From an uncultured Acidobacteriaceae bacterium (lineage in GTDB: Bacteria; Acidobacteriota; Terriglobia; Terriglobales; Acidobacteriaceae): a stretch of DNA of 64,000 nucleotides. Position 1 is the first letter of the stretch, and every line of letters starts with the position of its first letter. Below are positions 58,018 to 64,000 of the stretch, piece by piece. The notes under the pieces are model-generated. The model saw only the letters and a list, made by a program, of their open reading frames with translations. It ran no database searches and was not told the DNA's origin. Made by a program: the position numbers and the translations under genes. The stretch is from the NCBI GenBank assembly GCA_963782175.1, contig CAWAIX010000010.1, forward strand, positions 154,399 to 218,398. Reading direction: 5' to 3'.

Positions 58018-59859
58018 ATGCGCGAAGAACTGCTCGAATATTACGAACGCGAGCTTGCGCACCTTCGCCAGCTCGGCGCCCAGTTTGCCGAAAAGTATCC
58101 GCGCGTGGCCAGCCGCCTTTTGCTCGAGCCCGACCGCTGCGACGATCCGCACGTCGAGCGCCTGCTCGAAGCCTTTGCTTTCATGGCCGCCCGCGTGCAC
58201 CTGCGCGTCGACGACGACTTTCCCGAAGTCACCTCGGCGCTGCTTGGCATCGTCTATCCCCACTATCTGCGGCCAATCCCCTCGATGACCATCGTCGAGT
58301 GCCAGCTTGATCCCGAGCAGGGCAAGCAGACCGCGGGCTTTCGTCTTCCGGCGAAAACGCAGCTCGCCACAAAGCGCACCTTCGACGGCCTGCCGTGCCG
58401 TTTTCACACGGCCTACCCGGTCGAGCTTTGGCCGTTTTCCGTCAGCGAGTGCGAGTGGCGTCAGCCCGAGCGTCTGGCCGATCCGGTGCGCGTGCCCGGA
58501 GCTGCCGGCGTCATCCGCATGCGGCTGCAATGCGCGCGCGACGTTTCCTTCAACAAATTCCGCGTGGCCAGATTGACGTTTCACCTTACCGGCGAACCCA
58601 ACGTGGTTCACACGCTCTACGAGCTGCTTTGCCGCAACTGCATTTCCGTCCTCGTCCGCAATCCCCAGCAGCGCGGCGGCAAGGTCGTGAGCATCTCGCC
58701 CACTCGTCTGCGCGCGATGGGCTTTGAAGAAGACGAGGCCCTGTTGCCGTTTCCCCGCCGATCGTTCGCCGGCTACCGACTCCTACAGGAATACTTCACC
58801 TTCTCGGAGAAATTCCTCTTCTTCGAACTCGATGGCCTCGAAGCTATCGCCGAAGCGGGCTGCACCGATCAGGCCGAAATTCTATTCTGCTTCTCGCGCT
58901 TTGATCGCGCCGAGCGGCACCAGGACCTTGAGATCGGCGTCTCACCACGCACGCTGCGCCTCGGCTGCACGCCGGTGATCAATCTGTTCTCACACGTCGC
59001 CGAGCCGATCCTCGTCACGCATACGAAGCACGAGTACCAGGTGATTCCCGACGTCCGCCACCAGGACACGACCGAAATTTTCTCCATCGACGAGGTGCTG
59101 GCCTCGAACACGACACGGCGCGAAAGCATCCCCATCGATCCGCTCTACTCATATCGTTTTCAGGCGCGAAGGGAGTCGGGCCGCGCCTATTGGCACGCCG
59201 TCCGCCGCATGAACGTGCTCGGAGAGCGCGAGCCTTCGACCATGCATCTCGCACTCGTCGATGTGGACGGCATCATGACCGAGCCCGACGCCGAAGTGCT
59301 AACCGTGCGCTGCTCCTGCTCGAACTTCGATCTGCCTTCACGCCTGCCCTTCGGTCTCGAAGAGGGAGACTTCACCGCCGAGGAGTATCCCGTAGTCAAA
59401 CAGATCACCGCGCTGCGCCGCCCCACGCCCACCTATGATCCGCCCACCGCCAGGGGACAGCTATGGCGTCTCGTCTCGCAGCTCTCGCTGAATTATCTCT
59501 CGCTCGTCGAAGAAGGACTGACCGCGCTGCAGGAGATCCTCCGCCTCCACAACTTCACCGATTCGTCCTATCTCGAAAACCAGATCGGCGGCATCGTCGG
59601 GCTCACCTCCAGACCCCACTTCGCCATCATGCAGTCGGTGTACGGCAACGTTCCCGCGCGCGGCACCCGCGTGGAGCTTCAGTTTGACGAGCGCCAGTTT
59701 GTCGGCGGCGGCGTATATCTGTTCGCCAACGTGCTCGATCGCTTTCTCGGCTCCTATACCTCCATCAACAGCTTCTGCCAGCTTGCTGCGCGCACAAACC
59801 AGCGAAAGGAGATGCTGGGCGAATGGCCACCAAAAGCCGGCAACAAGCCGCTGGTGTAA
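58018..59859 (+). CDS. tssF: T6SS baseplate protein TssF
   Basis: MREELLEYYERELAHLRQLGAQFAEKYPRVASRLLLEPDRCDDPHVERLLEAFAF. The ATG at 58018 comes immediately after the tssE stop. The upstream part of ORF 57619-59859 is Arg-rich non-coding-like read-through. Confidence 0.92.
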   Translation: MREELLEYYERELAHLRQLGAQFAEKYPRVASRLLLEPDRCDDPHVERLLEAFAFMAARVHLRVDDDFPEVTSALLGIVYPHYLRPIPSMTIVECQLDPEQGKQTAGFRLPAKTQLATKRTFDGLPCRFHTAYPVELWPFSVSECEWRQPERLADPVRVPGAAGVIRMRLQCARDVSFNKFRVARLTFHLTGEPNVVHTLYELLCRNCISVLVRNPQQRGGKVVSISPTRLRAMGFEEDEALLPFPRRSFAGYRLLQEYFTFSEKFLFFELDGLEAIAEAGCTDQAEILFCFSRFDRAERHQDLEIGVSPRTLRLGCTPVINLFSHVAEPILVTHTKHEYQVIPDVRHQDTTEIFSIDEVLASNTTRRESIPIDPLYSYRFQARRESGRAYWHAVRRMNVLGEREPSTMHLALVDVDGIMTEPDAEVLTVRCSCSNFDLPSRLPFGLEEGDFTAEEYPVVKQITALRRPTPTYDPPTARGQLWRLVSQLSLNYLSLVEEGLTALQEILRLHNFTDSSYLENQIGGIVGLTSRPHFAIMQSVYGNVPARGTRVELQFDERQFVGGGVYLFANVLDRFLGSYTSINSFCQLAARTNQRKEMLGEWPPKAGNKPLV

Positions 59860-60902
59860 GTGCTGATCCGGTCGCGGAAAATCAGACCGACCCGCGCTTC
59901 GACTCCATCCGCGCCCTGCTCGAGCGCGAGCCCTACACCGTGCAGTTCTTCCAGGCCGTACGCCTTCTCGAACGCCTTTATCCAGAGCGCAGCCCGGTCG
60001 GCCTCTTCGTTTCGCCGTCCTCCGAGGTCGTCCAGTTTTCGTCCGTGCCTACGCTTGCTTTTCCCGCCAGCGAAATCCAGGACCTGAAGCCCGGCCGCAA
60101 CGGCCAGCCGAAGCTCTTCGTCAACTTCATGGGATTATCCGCTGCGGTCGGCGCGCTGCCCCATACCTATACCGAATTTCTCCTCGAGCGTGTCCGCGCG
60201 AAAGACCACGGCCCCGGCGACTTCTTCGACATCTTCAACCACCGCATCATCGCGCTCTTCTATCGCGGATGGCAGAAGTACCGCTTCTACATCGCCTACG
60301 AACGCACCGGCGCGAGCGATGACGTCATCAGCGCCCGGCTTCTCGACCTCATCGGCCTCGGCACGAAAGGCCTCATTCATCGCATGGCCATCGAGGACGA
60401 GGCCTGCCTCTACTACGCAGGGCTCCTTTCCGCGCGGCGTCCAACCGCGCAGGGACTCAAGCAGTTGCTCGAGGACTACTTCAACGTGCCGGTCTCCGTC
60501 GGCCAGTTCACCGGCACCTGGAATCGCCTGCCGCCCGAAAATCTCACGTTCCTTCGCGATATGGGAGCCTTCTGCGAGCGCCTCGGCATGGGCACCATCG
60601 TCGGCGATGAAGTCTGGGACCAGCACGGCACCGTGACCATCCGCCTCGGCCCAATGAACTTCGAGCGCTATCAGCAGTTCCTGCCGGGCGCCAGCGGGTG
60701 CCGCGAATTGCAGGCGTGGCTGCGCATCTACGCCAGCCGCGAGTTCGATTTCATCATCCAGCTTGTGCTCGAAAGGGAAGAGACCCCGGGCGCGACACTC
60801 GGCGCGGAAGGAGCGTATGCGCCGCGGCTCGGCCTCGTGAGCTGGGTGAAGAATCGTCCCTTGCAGCGCGACCCGGACGAAGCCACATACCGTTTGTCTT
60901 AG
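59823..60902 (+). CDS. tssG: T6SS baseplate protein TssG
   Basis: EPYTVQFFQAVRLLERLYPERSPVG, FMGLSAAVGALP, FFDIFNHRIIALFYRGW. Confidence 0.9.
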   Translation: MATKSRQQAAGVSADPVAENQTDPRFDSIRALLEREPYTVQFFQAVRLLERLYPERSPVGLFVSPSSEVVQFSSVPTLAFPASEIQDLKPGRNGQPKLFVNFMGLSAAVGALPHTYTEFLLERVRAKDHGPGDFFDIFNHRIIALFYRGWQKYRFYIAYERTGASDDVISARLLDLIGLGTKGLIHRMAIEDEACLYYAGLLSARRPTAQGLKQLLEDYFNVPVSVGQFTGTWNRLPPENLTFLRDMGAFCERLGMGTIVGDEVWDQHGTVTIRLGPMNFERYQQFLPGASGCRELQAWLRIYASREFDFIIQLVLEREETPGATLGAEGAYAPRLGLVSWVKNRPLQRDPDEATYRLS

Positions 60903-60935
60903 CTCGAAGCAGTTCTACCCACGGGAGTAAGACCC

Positions 60936-63594
60936 ATGAGCCTCAACCTGAAATCGCTGATCGGCAAGCTGGATGACGCAACCCGCAGCGCCCTTGAAGC
61001 CGCGGCCGGCCTCTGCCTCTCGCGCACGCATTACGACATCGAGATCGAGCACTATCTTCTCAAGGCAATCGACAGCTCCGACAACGACATCGCCTTCATC
61101 CTCAAACAATATGGAGTCGACAAATCGCGCCTGACCACAGAGCTGCAACGCAGCCTCGACCGTCTGAAGACGGGCAACGCACGCAGCCCTGCCTTCAGCC
61201 CTTATCTCGTCAAGATGCTCACCGAAGCCTGGACCATCGCCACCATTGAATATGACGCACGGCAGATTCGGACCGGCTTCACGCTCCTGGCCCTCCTTTC
61301 GACCGACGAACTCTCGCGCCTCATGCGCGACGTGAGCAAGGAGCTGCAACTGATTCCTCCTGAAGCGCTGCGCACCGAATTCTTCAACGTGACGGCGAAA
61401 TCGAAGGAGGAGTCAGAGCCCTTTGCCCCTGCGACCTCCGCGCCGAGTTCAGGCGAACCACCCCGGCCCGCCGGCTCCGGCAAAACTCCGCATCTCGATC
61501 AATACACCGTGAATCTCACCGCCAGCGCGAAATCCGGGAAGATCGATCCCGTCCTCGGCCGCGATTCCGAGATCCGCCAGGTCGTCGACATCCTCATGCG
61601 TCGGCGTCAGAACAACCCCATCCTCACCGGCGAAGCCGGCGTCGGCAAGACCGCCGTCGTGGAAGGCTTCGCTCTTCGCCTCGCGAACGGCGACGTCCCA
61701 CCCTCGCTGCGCAACGTCCAGCTGCACAGCCTGGACCTCGCACTGTTGCAGGCCGGAGCAGGAGTCAAAGGCGAATTCGAAAACCGCCTCAAGGGACTCA
61801 TCAACGAGGTCAAGTCTTCGCCGCATCCCATCATTCTCTTCATCGATGAAGCCCACACCATGATCGGCGCCGGAGGACAGGCCGGCCAGAACGACGCTGC
61901 GAATCTCCTCAAGCCGGCTCTTGCGCGCGGAGAGCTTCGCACCATCGCCGCCACGACTTGGTCCGAATACAAGAAGTTCTTCGAGAAAGACGCAGCGCTC
62001 GCCCGGCGCTTCCAGGTCGTTAAGGTCGACGAGCCAAGCGAAGACCAGTGCACAACGATGCTGCGCGGCATCGTCTCCGCGCTTGAAAAGCACCACGATC
62101 TTCGCATCCTCGACGAAGCCCTCACCTCAACCGTAAAGCTCTCGCACCGCTATCTCGCCGGACGCCAGCTTCCCGACAAGGCCGTCAGCGTTCTCGATAC
62201 CGCCTGCGCCCGGCTTGCGCTCGGCCAGAACACCATCCCTCCGGCGGTCGAAGACGCGACCCGCACCATCGACGACCTCAAGGTCCAGAAGCAGATCCTC
62301 GAGCGCGAGACCACCGCCGGCGCGGATCACACCGAGCGGCTGGCCGCAATCGAAGAGAAGCTCGCGAAGACCGAAGCCGATCTCGCCAAACTCAATCAGC
62401 AGTGGGAGCAGGAGGTCGATCTGGTGAAGCGCATCCGCGCCATGCGTGCAGCGCTTGAATCCGGAGCCGAGACCGTCAAGGCCGAAGGCGACAGAAGCCG
62501 AAGAAATCAAACCTTCCGTAGAGGCTCTCGAGGCGCTCGAAGACGAACTCGCCAAGGTTCAGGGCGAGAACCCGCTCATGCACGTCTGCGTCGATGAGCG
62601 CATCGTCGGCGAAGTCATCTCCGCATGGACCGGCATTCCCCTCGGCAAGATGGTCAAGGATGAAATCGCCGCCGTGCTCGAGCTCGACAGCCACCTTCGC
62701 AAGCGCGTCATCGGCCAGGATCACGCACTCTCAGCCATCGCCCAACGCATCATCACTTCGCGCGCACGCCTCGATGATCCCGGCAAGCCGGTCGGCGTCT
62801 TCATGCTCGTCGGCCCGAGCGGCGTCGGCAAAACCGAAACCGCTCTCGCCCTCTCCGACCTGCTCTATGGAGGTGAGCGCAACCTCATCACCATCAACAT
62901 GTCGGAGTTCCAGGAGGCGCACACCGTCTCCACTCTGAAAGGCTCGCCGCCTGGATACGTCGGCTACGGCGAAGGCGGCGTCCTCACCGAAGCCGTTCGC
63001 CGCCGGCCCTATTCTGTCGTGCTCCTCGACGAGGTAGAAAAGGCCCACCCCGACGTGCTCGAGCTCTTCTATCAGGTCTTTGACAAGGGCAATCTCGAAG
63101 ACGGCGAGGGCCGCTCCATCGACTTCAAGAACACCATCATCATTCTCACCAGCAACGCCGGCACCGATACGCTGATGAAGCTGACGGCCGATAAGGAAAC
63201 AATGCCCGACGCCGATGGCCTGGCGCTCGCCATCAAGCCCGAGCTGAACAAGATCTTCAAGCCCGCTTTCCTCGGACGCATGATCATCGTCCCATATTTT
63301 CCGGTACGTGACGAAGCTCTGAAGCTGATCATCAGGCTGAAAATCGCCAAAATCCAGCGCCGCATCCAAGAAACCCACAGGATCGCCCTGACCTACGACG
63401 ACTCCGTTCTGGAAGAAGTCGCGAAGCGCTGCACTGAAGTCGAAAGCGGCGCCCGCAACGTCGATAACATCCTCTCGAACACCATGCTCCCCGAAATTTC
63501 CCGCCAGGTGCTGGCGCGTATGGCCGAGGAGACGCCAACCGAGCGCGTTCAGGTCGGCGTATCTTCCGAGGGCCGCTTCACCTATGATTGGTAG
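60936..63594 (+). pseudogene. clpV: T6SS AAA+ ATPase ClpV (TssH); frame broken near 62490-62495
   Basis: ClpV N-domain MSLNLKSLIGKLDDATRSALEAAAGLCLSR. Walker A GEAGVGKTAVVEG in D1 and GPSGVGKTETA in D2. ORFs 60936-62597 and 62446-63594 rejoin as ...VKAEGD/EAEEIKPSVEALEALEDEL... if a62493 is dropped. Confidence 0.88.
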
Positions 63595-63691
63595 TCCCGA
63601 TTTATATTTTTTCGGCTCACTGCTGCACAACGCGCGACACTGAAACCTTCACGGCCGCGCAATCACAACACGAAAGTTTCGGCAGGTCTGG

Positions 63692-64000
63692 ATGAGCGCA
63701 TTCAAGCAAGACGACAGACTCCTCACCTTTACCACTCCTCTCGGCAAGGACGTGCTTCTGCCCGAACATCTGACCGGCATCGAAGCCATCTCCGAGCTCT
63801 TCTTCTACCAGCTTGATGCGCTTGCCACGACCGACACCACCATCGACCCGAAGAAAATCGTCGGTCAGAAGGTCTGCCTCGCGATCCAAGCCACAGACAG
63901 CGGCACCAGGCGCTACATCAACGGCTTTGTATCCGGCTTCGAGATGAACGGCGGTGACGAGGAGTTCAACAACTACCGCGTCTACATCGTTCCCAGCATC
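63692..64000 (+). CDS. vgrG: T6SS spike protein VgrG, N-terminal 103 codons (runs off the window)
   Basis: My own translation: MSAFKQDDRLLTFTTPLGKDVLLPEHLTGIEAISELFFYQLDALATTD...RRYINGFVSGFEM...YRVYIVPSI, the typical VgrG gp27-like N-terminus. No stop codon before the window ends. Confidence 0.85.
   Translation, partial: MSAFKQDDRLLTFTTPLGKDVLLPEHLTGIEAISELFFYQLDALATTDTTIDPKKIVGQKVCLAIQATDSGTRRYINGFVSGFEMNGGDEEFNNYRVYIVPSI

Overview
High-GC chromosomal window from a diderm bacterium. The gene content and protein sequences look Acidobacteria-like, but that assignment is inference only.
Left third: housekeeping genes (frameshifted GH51 arabinofuranosidase, VapBC, gltX, a TlpA/DsbD-N redox pair, kdsD, a STAS protein) and a short dcw fragment, mraY-murD-ftsW. 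About 10.4 kb of foreign-looking DNA splits that fragment. Three direct copies of the mraY 3' end (8197-8255, 9047-9105, 10299-10354) look like serial insertion scars. An ~8.2 kb tyrosine-integrase island (10455-18713) sits exactly on the murD start codon and is bounded by a 15-nt direct repeat. The island carries an IS630 element, a decayed rolling-circle Rep-like gene, a pentapeptide-repeat-TIR fusion protein, a serine recombinase and unknown genes.
Middle: M20 peptidase, ankyrin protein, glpK-glpD-glpF operon, an mdtABC-like RND efflux operon plus outer-membrane factor, macro-domain protein, YkgJ-type protein and a CsgG-like lipoprotein.
Right third (about 40.4-64 kb): a Hanks kinase / PP2C phosphatase pair next to a P. 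aeruginosa H1-like type VI secretion locus (tssM-tssL-tssK, a second tssK, then tssB-tssC-hcp-tagJ-tssA-tssE-tssF-tssG-clpV-vgrG).
The most unusual element is a 564-aa tail-anchored, proline-rich protein with 9-11 copies of a G-x-F-T-[QR]-h-h-Q motif. It lies between two diverged tssK paralogues, in the synteny slot held by fha1/tssJ1 in P. aeruginosa. No FHA-domain or TssJ gene is visible in the window.
At least eight single-nucleotide frame disruptions hit otherwise conserved genes, including tssA and clpV. This points to indel-type sequence errors or recent pseudogenisation.
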